Of a stretch of 64,000 nucleotides of DNA, positions 11,701 to 22,289 are shown piece after piece. Origin of the DNA: an uncultured virus (IMG/VR IMGVR_UViG_3300042505_001288) (taxonomy: Duplodnaviria > Heunggongvirae > Uroviricota > Caudoviricetes). The notes below the pieces were generated by a model. It made no database searches and had not been told where the DNA came from. It was given only the letters and a program-made list of their open reading frames with translations. The first letter of the stretch is position 1; the number at the start of each line of letters is the position of its first letter. The translations under genes and the position numbers were made by a program. The DNA is taken from IMG/VR virus record IMGVR_UViG_3300042505_001288; one strand, written 5' to 3'.

Positions 11701-14700
11701 TTTACAATTTTTAATTTATAATCATCTCGTAATGCATCAATACCATTAATGGTGACCGTTGATGTACCTACTCTAACGTCTGGTGCCCATTTTAATGGGA
11801 ATATTAAGCGAGAACCAGTTCCAGAGAATGTTTCTATCTCTTGTAATTTAGTAATATAATATGACTGTGTAATTCTATCAAATTTTATCTTAACCAGATT
11901 TGAACGAATAACACCATCACCGATTATAGCAACTGCAGTTGCAGTTGTGCCAGTAGGCGATAACCCACCATCTAACTGAATAATTGGTGCAGACAAATAC
12001 CCTGAACCAGTTGTCATTAAAATCACACGAGTAACTTTACCATTTGCAATAAAAGCTTTTGCAGTAGCTGCAATTTTTGAGTTACCATTAATTCGAACTA
12101 CTGGTTCACTAATATAACCTGAACCACCATTAACTACTGTAATACTAAGTACATTAAATCCAACATTATCCAACCAATGTTTCCATGGATATGATTGAAT
12201 ATGAGAGTCATCTATATTAATAATACCATCTGTAACTGTTGTCTCAATCATCCCAATATTTCCATTGTCATATATTGGTGGTATGTCAAAATCAGTAACT
12301 GATAATTGATTTAATTCAGTTTTATTATATGCACTAATATATTCACGTACTTTAGTTCTATATGGTTTTACTTCTGATACATATTCTTCAAAATTTGTTA
12401 GGTTATCATTTTTGTATGTAACAGATTGGTGCAATTCGCCTAAGTTATGTTTTGCTTTTATGAAACTAGTTTTAAATATCCAATCAACATAGGATTGTTC
12501 ACTTAATACATATCTTACACATGTAAAAAATAAATTTAAATATTCAGTTTTCAAATCATCAATGAAAATGTCATTTTTAATGCTATTCAATATAACTCTC
12601 AATTCAGTTGATGCACTATTATCAAATATTCCACCATCATATAACAAATTATCATATCCAACAATTGTATGAGAAAACTCATACAATGAACTACTTAATT
12701 GAATAGTACCGTCCTGTGATGCTATTAATTGATATGAACTCGTCCAATCAATTGACTGAGAATCAGCATACTTTTTCAATACGACCCACGTTCCTAAATT
12801 TGTATATCGTACTTTGACTAATTCTCCAATATTAACTTCAATTGAATTTAAATCACTATATGTATCCACTGAATATTGTATTGCACTAAATTGATTATAC
12901 CCATTATCGTACCAATCAACATAATTCCAATATTTTCTAGTATCATATGTTTGTGAACGAACTCTAGACCATAATAATGTTGTTGGATCATATGAATAAA
13001 TGCTCCATACACCAGATGATTGAGAATCACTATGAACTAATACAGAATAATCCCTTACCACTAAAATAGTACTGTCATTATATCCATATCCACTGTTAAT
13101 AATAGTAACACCATCAATTTGCCCATATCCATTAAGTTTAGCTTTAATAACAGCATTTACACCTGAACCAACAACTTCAATAAATGGTGGATTAATATAT
13201 CCTCTACCAGAACTTTTTATAGTAATACCAGTAATTCTTCCATCAATTATTTGCGGTTCTATAACAGGTCTAGAATAAGAGTTGATATTTGCAAATCTTA
13301 ATTCTGCATCAGTATCAACTATATCATCATATAATCCTCGTATAATATGTGGTTCGGTTTCATAACTTTCTAGGTTACTAATATCGCGTGTTTCAGTGAT
13401 TAATCTAGATTTTAATATTAAATTGGTCTGTTCAACATATTGTTTTAATGCCTCGTATCGATTTATAAACATGCTTTGATTAGGTCTAAATTCAACCCCA
13501 TAGCGTAATTTTAATGGCAATGTTGTATCAGGTATTACTCTTTCCTGTTCATCCTTTCCACATAGACTATCAATCCATTTTTTTTCCAATTGTGAAGGTA
13601 TGGTACTATTAACATCTGTACTCAACATTTTCCACTGTGAATGAATATTATTCTCACTGTTTTCAACTAACCAATATTCAACTGATAATACAACGTTTTT
13701 ATCATTTAATAATGATTTTACATTAACCAAGCTAAATGAATTAGAACCAGTCAATGCAAGATATTGATATCCTTCCCCACGTGGGTTTGATATTAAACTA
13801 GATATATCTTGGGCAGAAATATATCTACCAGTTGTATTAGGTGTAGTTTTTTTATTTTTAACCCAATAGTAATATGTATTTTTAAATGTTTTACTAACAT
13901 TATCATACTTTCGTTTTATACTGTATGCTGCATCTCCATATAATGATTTACCACTCATACCAATAGTCAACCCAACCTCAGTATCAGCTTGTAAATCCCA
14001 GTCAGATGGAAGATATTTTGATTCAACCCATTCATAGATATCAACAGATGCACCAGTTGCTAATGTACTCCATGTACTGTTTCTATAAACAACATCATTA
14101 TCATTACTATCAATGAATTTTGAAGTTCTCAAATCCCACCATAATGTTCCAATATTTTTAGTAGTCCATGCCATACCATCATCAACATTCACAGTTGATG
14201 TCCCAACTGTGTATATCGCTGGATCATAGAAAACTTTATATTTTATTTCCGATTCAGCAATACCTGCTATTTTACCATTTAATGGATCAATTATATCCAA
14301 GTATTTTATTAATTCATTGGTTGATTTATTATATAAGAACGCCTGTTTTATTTTTTTAACGTCTGGAATTAATATTTCACTATGTTTAATTTTCCAACTA
14401 TATACATTTGGTTGTTTTTTATATTCATATATTACTCCAGCTTTTATATTATTAGAAAAAGCATATGGTGAACTAACTAAAATATTATTATTTGAGGCAG
14501 TCAGGACAGTGCCATATCCATCAACCTCAGAATCAGTCATTTCTAAGCTTTCACTAAAAACCCACTTAGACCCATAATTGTTATAAACATCAATTCTTCC
14601 ACTATCTAAATTATTTTCATCAATAAATATGGTAGTTTTATCATCAAATGTAGTATCATCTATAAAATTACATTTCACCTGAGTGTCAGCATTTTTACTA

Positions 14701-17700
14701 TAAACCAATAATGTTTTATAATCATTTGTAAATAATAATTTAGTACCAAAATATCCAGATACTTCTATGTTATTGTTTATTAATGATTGATATAATTCAT
14801 ACTCAATACCATTGTTTTTATAAACAATAACTTTACCTTCATTATTTTTATCACCATCAAATAAAATGTCTGAAATAGAAATATATTCACCAGATGATGA
14901 AATAGTTATATCTTTTCCAAAATATGCATTAGTTCCACCAATTGTTTGTGCCAATACATCATTTTCATATACAAATACTTTACCAGGTAAATCAATGTTA
15001 CCAGGAGCTGAAATTAAAAGAGTAGATCCATCAACAGTACCAACTATTTTATTGCCATATCCACTATTTGTATTAGTACCATGTTTTGTTTTTGATGTAT
15101 TATATTTCCATTCAGTTGTAATAAACTTAATAATTCCAGTTGGGGTTGAATCAGGTTCTAGGTTTAATAATATGGTTTTATTAACAGAATCTACACTTAC
15201 TACGGTTTGTGATTTTGTAAATCCAATACCAGTTACTTTCATTCCAGGTAGTATTCCCGATACTGTAGATAATTTTATTGTGGTTCCTTTGCTTCCTATT
15301 TCATCATAGTATGCAGATACCCATTCTGTATTAGAATATTCTAATTTATACACAGTACCATTTCCATACTCAGCACCAACATATAAGCAATTAATACCAA
15401 AAAATAAACTTGAACCAAATTTTTCATTCTGAGTTGGGTTTGGACTTAAAATGGTTGCGACTAGTGTATAGATATTATTAATATCTTTTTCATATAACGA
15501 TATCACACCATGATTAACAATACTTGATGCATTTAACTGTTCATCAATAGCATTAATAAATCCATTCGTTTGATATGAACCATTACTAGTGTTAGGAGAT
15601 CCGGTTGCCATCCATCTATTATCAATAGACATTGCAATAACATTTGCAATATTTGAAACATCATTAGGATTTACATGGTCAACATCCGGGGTTATAAATG
15701 GAGTTTCAATGATTTGACGTTGTACCCATGGGCCAGTACTACTTCCTCTATCATATGTTATAACTTCTCCAGTTTCTAAGGTAGTCGCAAGTAATCTAGC
15801 ATCTGAATTTATTGAAATTACCTTACCATATTTCAAGTTATTACTTGGATTTCTATATAAATGGGTAGTACGTGTGTAAACCTGAGAGTATTCCCATGTT
15901 GACCACATTCCTGTTCCATTGTCATCAGTCCATAATAACTCATTTTCCTTTAATACTTTTGGTAGTTTTAAATCAATATTATCTATAGAATCAACACGTT
16001 GACTTATAAATGAATAAATTATGGTATTTTTATTATTTTCATATGGTAGATCTATCTGCAATCCAATTACGTCAATCGTTAATACATTTAGTTTAACATC
16101 GGAAATTTTATAAAATCCACTTATACCAGTTGTTATATATGTACCATCAACTTTTATGTTTTCTCTAATCCCAATATAAGATCCAATAGGTAATGAAATT
16201 AATGAATCAGCAGTAATAGTTAATTTATTATTGCTATAAGTAATATCATTAATTACAATATTTGCATCTGTATATCTATAAACATTCCATCCGTTTATAT
16301 CAAATGAGCACCATACGTAATCACCATTAGAAAAATTTGTAATATCTTGTGTTAAAATATCATCAATTGATTTTAAGCTAACTAATACTTCATCTTCTCT
16401 CACATACCCAGAAGTTCTTAAAAATGGTTTTTTAGATGTTAACATTGGCCATGGATTTGAATTGTATCCAACTGGTTTTAAATATACATCATTTTGTGAT
16501 TGTCTTATAATAAAATCAACAGAAGTGGTATCAATTTTATTCACCAACTCAATTCCTTGTGGATTATTTTTGAATAGTGATTCATCTAAAATAAATTCAA
16601 TATTTTCATATGAATTACTAGCGCCATATTGACCAACCCGAACTGCCCATTCTTCGTTAAATTTCAAACTTTCTTGGTTATCGGCACTTAATACATCAAA
16701 AAGTTTATTCAATACATTTTGAGTCCCTTTTTCAAGTATCATTCCTTGATAAAATTTAAACTCACTAACATCATCTTGAATAATATTTTCTAAATATTGA
16801 CGTTTTTGATATCCAATCAAATGTTGTGCCATTTTTTGTTGTGTTATATCAAAGTTATCGCTATCCAAACTATAAAAATCTTCAAATTGACTGGCTTTGT
16901 AATTCCAATTTGGAAGTAACGCTGCTTCAGGTTTTTTATCTAGTTTAATCCATAACGTATGATTAAATTCATTAGTACCATTTATAAATTTACTAGAACT
17001 ATAATAAAATTCTTTATATTTTACAATATCACCAAGCGCATAATCTTTCCATGCTTCCCAATCTTGTATTTTAGCTTGATCAAAGATAAAACCAGGCACA
17101 TCAAATGCACCATACCAACCAATACTAAGATATCCAGATACTTTTATTCTATCTTGTTTATATCCACTTTCTGGATTATATATGGTGTCATTAAACATTG
17201 TAGAATTATCTAGAATAACAACTTGCTCTTTTTGAACTAAGTAAAAGGTAGCGCCATAAATACCGTCATCACCCTGTGGTGTATAACTAACTGCATTATC
17301 TTCTCTATACGAATTCAAGAAGTTATATGGTATAGCTTGACCATCTACGCGATATATTTCATATCCATTAAATGAATTGGTAATATCATCAACAACTGAT
17401 AATGGTGAACTAAATGTTAATTTTTCAGCAGCTGGACTTAATGAAATCACCGAACTTCCAATAGAACTCAACCCATCCAATTTTGCAAAATCATGTTCGT
17501 TGAATATAGATGATTGAGAATTTCTGATTGCACGATAATAATCACCGTTATATCGCACTATTGATCCATATGATACTAATACATCAGCATCCCATTCATC
17601 CCATTTATCTTGCCCAGTTGACCAATTTTGAGTAGTCCAGAATAAAAATTCTTTCGCACTGGTTTCCCAGTTAGTTACACTGGCTATATTAGTATTAAAA

Positions 17701-20700
17701 TCATCAAAAATAAATCCTTGATCTTTTAAATATTCACCATAACCTTGTAAAAAATCTACTACTTCTTGTGTAGTTCTAAATTTAGTATTATACGGAATAA
17801 TTAATGCCGATTCTCTATCCCAACGTTTTCTTAGAATTGCATCTTTACCACCTATAATAGGCAATTCAGCTAATACTTGATAATATGATTGGTCAAATGT
17901 TGTACCAGTTGTATGTAATGATTTTACTCTATAATATTTTCCATTATAATTTACAATTTTACCAGCAGAATATTGTTGATTTGATGTCCATTGTAGATAA
18001 CTTTCTGATATACCACCAACATTTATTGTAATTCCTGATTGTTGCCATGCATAATATTTGAAATATGGAGTGGTTTTACTATATCCTTTAACTTCAAATC
18101 CATCAGCCATTTTGGTAACAATTACACCACTATATGTAATTTTTTTAATAGGATTTGAACTATTCAAAATTATATCATAATTTTCTTGCGGTACAAAAAC
18201 ACTACCAGTTGACAATGGGGTCTTGGAATCTAATAATAAATTGAATTTTTCTTTACTTGTAAAAGATCCAAGTCTATGCGATATTCTAGCTGAAATATTG
18301 GTTAAATCATATTGATATTGCGTATATGATTTTAAATTATCACTTAAAATATAATTAACTAAATAATTTATTATGCCAGCAGTCTGTTCTCTAGTATTAC
18401 TAGATTGAATACTTGGTAGTACAATATCACTTGGTTTGATTCGTAATCCTGTGTCTTTATATACTAGTTGTCCTGTTTTATTTCTAATAATCCTAGAACG
18501 ATCTAATAATACTCCGATAGATTTATTTGGGTTTAATAATAATACAGTAATTAAAATCCCAAATGAGTAGTATGAACTACGTCTCCATGCTGATTCAATT
18601 GGGCTGCTATCACCAAACACAAAATCACCACCAATTGATTCAGTTATGATCCCATTTGCCAAATCAGACATAATAGGACTCACCAATGCACCATATTCAT
18701 CTACTGGTATATGGTTTGTTATAAATGGTTTAGCATACTTTTCCAATCTAATAGTAGGCTTACCTGGTTCTTTTACATAGCCATTGCTAATGTCATCCCA
18801 CAATACAAAATTATTACTAGTATACGGCGCAGGTCCATATACATCTGTCCACCAATATGGTTCTTCAGTAAATCCTAGCATCTCCCACGGGCACAGGTGC
18901 GGTCTATCAGTATCTAAAATCCATTTATATACCCCACGCCAATATCCTGGAACGTTACTTCCATCTGGTGCTGAATGCCCTGAATAGTTATAAGTGAATG
19001 AATTACTTCTATCAAAGCTCAATGGTTTTGAAAAATCTCGATCTATTAATGATGTCCATTTATAAAAATTAGGAGCTAAAACTGTATTGAATTCTGATAA
19101 ACTATAGTCGGTTTTTCTGTTATATCCTGGAATGGTATCATTTAAATCAAATATTGTTATATCGTATTGTACTTTAATATTGTTGTAAATACGTTTTTCC
19201 AATTCTAATAACAATGCATCACGGTAATCAGGAGTACCATTAGCATCATATGTTCCATATGCCAATACTTGACTACCATCGTGTCCTTGAATCATCCATC
19301 GTGGTGTTATAAAACTAGTATCAAGATATATCATTGGTTGATATTTTGGAAATAGTCCTAGCTTTGTTGGTGTTTCAGGAACAAAACATCCATCGGTATT
19401 TTCATACTCATAAATTGTTATAATATCATCATTGATCAATTTTGATGTTATAACAACGAATCCTTGTCCATCAAAATAGTAATCACGACTATGTAATAAT
19501 TGCTCGTTGTTAACATATATAATTACAGCTTTATTAGATAATGTTTCTGTTGTGAATACAGTTGTTAATGGATAAAGTTTTATTCTATAATCAACTACTT
19601 GTATTGTGGTTTTTATACTAGCACCATATGGAACCATATCACTAAAATAATAAGGAAAAGTATTCGGTTTATCTTTGTTAATTTTATCCAATATTAGATC
19701 TATATGTGTTATTACATCAATGTCTACCCCTGTACGTTCAGCAATTTTAATAAAATTTCGTTTAAAATTACCATAATCATCTCTACTTTTTTCTATTGAT
19801 CTTATAATATTGTTAGTTTCAGTTGTTATATGGTATAAAGATAAACTTGCTGGACCGCTGTGTTGTATGAATCGAGTACCATATTGTGATATATTACCCA
19901 AATCTCTTAAATTACTAGTGCCTGGGAAATCACCAGAAAAGTTTGATAAATTATCAACAATTGAATTTACATGATCAATAACTTCACCAAGTGTAAAATC
20001 AGTCATCTCATCATTCATTGGATTGTTCTGGAGATTTAATGGTATTTCATAGTACCCGTTCCCATTAATTCCCTGTGCTGCAAATGCTCTAATAGTTAAT
20101 ATATCTGTTGGCATTACATCGGTATCTAACTGCACGACTTTATATGTTGGACCATCAATTATCTGCCATTTAGAATTATCCAATCTAGTACCATTTACAT
20201 ATACTTTTATGGTTAAATCATCCAACTCATTAATATTATCAAATATATCAATTTGAAAATCATTTAATTGAGTGGTTGATTTATAAATTCTAATCGCAGC
20301 TTGTGTGTTATCAATTGTATTTTTTTGCCAGCCATTTACATATTCAGTATTCCCAGCATAATCCATTTTTGATAAATATCCAACATTAATTTTTTTATTA
20401 ATAACTGTTGATAGTTCTTTATATATAAAGGTGTCTGAGATTAAGTTAAAATTAAAAACAATATCACCTATATTATTAATATTTTTATATGATAATGGGA
20501 ATCCTAGAACTGAGTCAGCTGGTCCTGATCCAATCTTATATGAAAATAACTTAGTTCCACTAAAAGTAGAGCCAGTAAAGGTATTAATATCACTATAACT
20601 AACACCAGTGTCATCAACAACATCAAATAATGGTGGTTGATTTAATGATGTTTTTTGCTGTGTTTTAACCCAATTATCACCATTGAACCAATACATTTCC

Positions 20701-22289
20701 CCTTGATTTTTAACACCTGAATGAATTAAAACCACTTGATCAATAGTCGGTGTGCTAACTTCAACCAAATGAATAATTTTTGATAAGGATACACCATTCA
20801 ATGATAGATGTTCAAAATCTAAAATTTCTACTTCATATATTTTATTTTTAACTAATGGATCTGTATCAGCTGCTGCTAGAATTCTATGACCAGCTAGTAA
20901 ATCCACACCATCAATGTTATACCCATGTGATCCTTCAATTGTTGAAAATATATCAGTTGTATATGTATCTATAAGATCAACATCATTAATAGCAGTTGTT
21001 CCAAAATTAAATAATCTTATATCAGCTTCAAATTCAATAATTGCACGGTTTGCTCTTGCTGATTGATCTAAGTCAGCTATTTTATTATTGAATCTAGCAC
21101 TCGATTCTATAGTATCTTTATGGAACCATCTATTATATCTAGACCAAGGATTATGATCTCTACTAGCTCTATTAATAACAATGTAATCTGGCTGCCCTGC
21201 ATATGATAATGCATCATTGAATGGCAATTTATCAAAAGGTGTTGTATCAAATTCAACATTAACTGATGATGTATAAGAACTTGTCATCTCTAATACAGAT
21301 TCATTAACCAATCTTATCGAAGACCCAATACCTTCAACATAATATTTTCCAGTAGAATATTCAGAAGGTTCTACATTTCCACCAAATGTAACTTTCATGC
21401 CATTACTTAACGGTGTCCCGTCTGGTAATTTGTATGTTTTTTTACCTAATATCTCAGTTTCTACATTGATATATGAATTTTCTTCAATCGATAAAATGTG
21501 AATTACTCCACCTAAATCAGTATCATTTTCACTTTGATAATATAATACAGATGGTGCATCATGCGGAACTGTAAAAGTTATAGTACCAGTTTCTATAGTA
21601 TTATTTTTCAACCCTATATTAGTATATCTATTACTAGAACCAGAACTTCTATGTGTTTTGAAACTAAATGGATTTCCAGGACTTGTTATTTCAAAATTGT
21701 ATGTTTGTCCTTTGAATAAAGTAAGTACTGGATTTCTATCCAATCCATTTGGGGTGAATATATATGTATTATTGTCGCCTTCAGATTCTATGTTTACAGT
21801 GTAAGTACTTTCTATAGCATGTTTCTGCCCATATATTCTAACTACATCTGGTCCATATGGTAACCAATAATAATTTTGAAAGTTCGATATTTTATCCCAA
21901 TCAATATGTGGATCCCAACTGTAAAATTCTTCTTTATTAATTCTAGAATGGTTTGATACATCACTACCAAATACGTCTAATTGATTGATATAATCAATAT
22001 AATCTTTAAACAAGGTAGTGTTGTTCAACGTATCTTTAATAACTAATCCAGGCTCTAATTGATAATTTTGTCGAACTGTATCAGTAGCAGAAACAAATAT
22101 ATCTTCCCCAGAAGTTGCTTTAGCATTTCTACGACCAATATAACCATTTACTTTTTTAACAGTGCCAGGTTTAATTAATTGATCCATTGTAGCTTGTAAA
22201 AACTTTTTATTAAAATCAGTTGCATAGATTCTTGGTAAAAAGGTTGAAGAAATGTTATTACTGGCGTTTGGTTTTGTGCTATCAGCCAT
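8715..22289 (-). CDS. Giant (4524 aa) multidomain baseplate wedge/structural protein (gp7-like position)
   Basis: Uninterrupted 13.6 kb ORF coupled (TAATG) to the gp6-like gene; contains GxGY repeats, CBM-like W..Y..G.IV.Y repeats and propeller-like repeats. Confidence 0.7.
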   Translation of the reverse strand: MADSTKPNASNNISSTFLPRIYATDFNKKFLQATMDQLIKPGTVKKVNGYIGRRNAKATSGEDIFVSATDTVRQNYQLEPGLVIKDTLNNTTLFKDYIDYINQLDVFGSDVSNHSRINKEEFYSWDPHIDWDKISNFQNYYWLPYGPDVVRIYGQKHAIESTYTVNIESEGDNNTYIFTPNGLDRNPVLTLFKGQTYNFEITSPGNPFSFKTHRSSGSSNRYTNIGLKNNTIETGTITFTVPHDAPSVLYYQSENDTDLGGVIHILSIEENSYINVETEILGKKTYKLPDGTPLSNGMKVTFGGNVEPSEYSTGKYYVEGIGSSIRLVNESVLEMTSSYTSSVNVEFDTTPFDKLPFNDALSYAGQPDYIVINRASRDHNPWSRYNRWFHKDTIESSARFNNKIADLDQSARANRAIIEFEADIRLFNFGTTAINDVDLIDTYTTDIFSTIEGSHGYNIDGVDLLAGHRILAAADTDPLVKNKIYEVEILDFEHLSLNGVSLSKIIHLVEVSTPTIDQVVLIHSGVKNQGEMYWFNGDNWVKTQQKTSLNQPPLFDVVDDTGVSYSDINTFTGSTFSGTKLFSYKIGSGPADSVLGFPLSYKNINNIGDIVFNFNLISDTFIYKELSTVINKKINVGYLSKMDYAGNTEYVNGWQKNTIDNTQAAIRIYKSTTQLNDFQIDIFDNINELDDLTIKVYVNGTRLDNSKWQIIDGPTYKVVQLDTDVMPTDILTIRAFAAQGINGNGYYEIPLNLQNNPMNDEMTDFTLGEVIDHVNSIVDNLSNFSGDFPGTSNLRDLGNISQYGTRFIQHSGPASLSLYHITTETNNIIRSIEKSRDDYGNFKRNFIKIAERTGVDIDVITHIDLILDKINKDKPNTFPYYFSDMVPYGASIKTTIQVVDYRIKLYPLTTVFTTETLSNKAVIIYVNNEQLLHSRDYYFDGQGFVVITSKLINDDIITIYEYENTDGCFVPETPTKLGLFPKYQPMIYLDTSFITPRWMIQGHDGSQVLAYGTYDANGTPDYRDALLLELEKRIYNNIKVQYDITIFDLNDTIPGYNRKTDYSLSEFNTVLAPNFYKWTSLIDRDFSKPLSFDRSNSFTYNYSGHSAPDGSNVPGYWRGVYKWILDTDRPHLCPWEMLGFTEEPYWWTDVYGPAPYTSNNFVLWDDISNGYVKEPGKPTIRLEKYAKPFITNHIPVDEYGALVSPIMSDLANGIITESIGGDFVFGDSSPIESAWRRSSYYSFGILITVLLLNPNKSIGVLLDRSRIIRNKTGQLVYKDTGLRIKPSDIVLPSIQSSNTREQTAGIINYLVNYILSDNLKSYTQYQYDLTNISARISHRLGSFTSKEKFNLLLDSKTPLSTGSVFVPQENYDIILNSSNPIKKITYSGVIVTKMADGFEVKGYSKTTPYFKYYAWQQSGITINVGGISESYLQWTSNQQYSAGKIVNYNGKYYRVKSLHTTGTTFDQSYYQVLAELPIIGGKDAILRKRWDRESALIIPYNTKFRTTQEVVDFLQGYGEYLKDQGFIFDDFNTNIASVTNWETSAKEFLFWTTQNWSTGQDKWDEWDADVLVSYGSIVRYNGDYYRAIRNSQSSIFNEHDFAKLDGLSSIGSSVISLSPAAEKLTFSSPLSVVDDITNSFNGYEIYRVDGQAIPYNFLNSYREDNAVSYTPQGDDGIYGATFYLVQKEQVVILDNSTMFNDTIYNPESGYKQDRIKVSGYLSIGWYGAFDVPGFIFDQAKIQDWEAWKDYALGDIVKYKEFYYSSSKFINGTNEFNHTLWIKLDKKPEAALLPNWNYKASQFEDFYSLDSDNFDITQQKMAQHLIGYQKRQYLENIIQDDVSEFKFYQGMILEKGTQNVLNKLFDVLSADNQESLKFNEEWAVRVGQYGASNSYENIEFILDESLFKNNPQGIELVNKIDTTSVDFIIRQSQNDVYLKPVGYNSNPWPMLTSKKPFLRTSGYVREDEVLVSLKSIDDILTQDITNFSNGDYVWCSFDINGWNVYRYTDANIVINDITYSNNKLTITADSLISLPIGSYIGIRENIKVDGTYITTGISGFYKISDVKLNVLTIDVIGLQIDLPYENNKNTIIYSFISQRVDSIDNIDLKLPKVLKENELLWTDDNGTGMWSTWEYSQVYTRTTHLYRNPSNNLKYGKVISINSDARLLATTLETGEVITYDRGSSTGPWVQRQIIETPFITPDVDHVNPNDVSNIANVIAMSIDNRWMATGSPNTSNGSYQTNGFINAIDEQLNASSIVNHGVISLYEKDINNIYTLVATILSPNPTQNEKFGSSLFFGINCLYVGAEYGNGTVYKLEYSNTEWVSAYYDEIGSKGTTIKLSTVSGILPGMKVTGIGFTKSQTVVSVDSVNKTILLNLEPDSTPTGIIKFITTEWKYNTSKTKHGTNTNSGYGNKIVGTVDGSTLLISAPGNIDLPGKVFVYENDVLAQTIGGTNAYFGKDITISSSGEYISISDILFDGDKNNEGKVIVYKNNGIEYELYQSLINNNIEVSGYFGTKLLFTNDYKTLLVYSKNADTQVKCNFIDDTTFDDKTTIFIDENNLDSGRIDVYNNYGSKWVFSESLEMTDSEVDGYGTVLTASNNNILVSSPYAFSNNIKAGVIYEYKKQPNVYSWKIKHSEILIPDVKKIKQAFLYNKSTNELIKYLDIIDPLNGKIAGIAESEIKYKVFYDPAIYTVGTSTVNVDDGMAWTTKNIGTLWWDLRTSKFIDSNDNDVVYRNSTWSTLATGASVDIYEWVESKYLPSDWDLQADTEVGLTIGMSGKSLYGDAAYSIKRKYDNVSKTFKNTYYYWVKNKKTTPNTTGRYISAQDISSLISNPRGEGYQYLALTGSNSFSLVNVKSLLNDKNVVLSVEYWLVENSENNIHSQWKMLSTDVNSTIPSQLEKKWIDSLCGKDEQERVIPDTTLPLKLRYGVEFRPNQSMFINRYEALKQYVEQTNLILKSRLITETRDISNLESYETEPHIIRGLYDDIVDTDAELRFANINSYSRPVIEPQIIDGRITGITIKSSGRGYINPPFIEVVGSGVNAVIKAKLNGYGQIDGVTIINSGYGYNDSTILVVRDYSVLVHSDSQSSGVWSIYSYDPTTLLWSRVRSQTYDTRKYWNYVDWYDNGYNQFSAIQYSVDTYSDLNSIEVNIGELVKVRYTNLGTWVVLKKYADSQSIDWTSSYQLIASQDGTIQLSSSLYEFSHTIVGYDNLLYDGGIFDNSASTELRVILNSIKNDIFIDDLKTEYLNLFFTCVRYVLSEQSYVDWIFKTSFIKAKHNLGELHQSVTYKNDNLTNFEEYVSEVKPYRTKVREYISAYNKTELNQLSVTDFDIPPIYDNGNIGMIETTVTDGIINIDDSHIQSYPWKHWLDNVGFNVLSITVVNGGSGYISEPVVRINGNSKIAATAKAFIANGKVTRVILMTTGSGYLSAPIIQLDGGLSPTGTTATAVAIIGDGVIRSNLVKIKFDRITQSYYITKLQEIETFSGTGSRLIFPLKWAPDVRVGTSTVTINGIDALRDDYKLKIVKTVVNGHTNYVGSLTFLTAPSNNAIVSITYIKDWSLLNAADRIQYYYNPGDGELGKDLSQLMTGIDYGGVIVSGLGFEVSRGWDSSPYYSDKWDTMDSTFDDYIVYVAADTREFNLPYVPETGVVITVYHKPADSTDDPLRIDDQYYNTVDQTNSNAVMSSFIGDGIHKTITIPDSVDVNENDEFIFRKITSDGSIKPLEADYDTALSGGDLVYSTARGLAADDIIIDGDGFITPTSSPAPEEVIPGQVVDTVAIKVFDMQSNGSANINIDNYYADGIVKTFPITHGSTNNKSIIVKVSTNNQSVIKSIGVDYSIDGITNAIVFGQAPVADSLISIFEIGYSGNNLLDIGHDIGDGNTKEFLTCAPWLQPVSSLVNINGVSGSYTLINQDGFIAIKFDEAPEVYSNIDYIISNGVNQSFSFSKIEKIPADGRASALPYSLMTTYGDSLPLEAKMIVRVDQAILKAPNNSYFTIKSNKLNYTVNKINKQPYKDDVYTINVYAGGKLLTIGADYSIDLSGITVKITKDSYTKYNGEQLVISLISDQGYSYVPATSSEPAKIYFKEIYNSSNTVEIINSYQHANLDIQRSDLNLDITLVSEEPEYYIYNNILGGIITLDRPVINDNYVWVVKNGILLIPSVDFKLNENKSSIEVVNGSISTDEFSIITFGSNILLPSIAYMQFKDMLNRTHYKRLSLKKQTTLVNELKWNDTIITVVDGSNFDKPNPTNNKPGIIEIRGERIEYFEITGNILSKLRRGTLGTGTPTIHEVGSFVQDIGASETIPYSEAPITKQIVSTGSKVIELDDIIPTKSLTTWTYDSGYISSIPSTYGQADDIEVFIGGYDDSSMWVSSVNYAIDDIVIIGSYTYRCKEAHMSGLSFHDDILKWDFFIGNIRLKKQPYKVHNVNINQDSPSGDIQFDADFAVDGTSSTIRLTNELSSGTRVTIVKRSGINWDGYNMDLLNQGYRLGNYSSSVYGGSDAISTFLKAEPGIWYSLLK

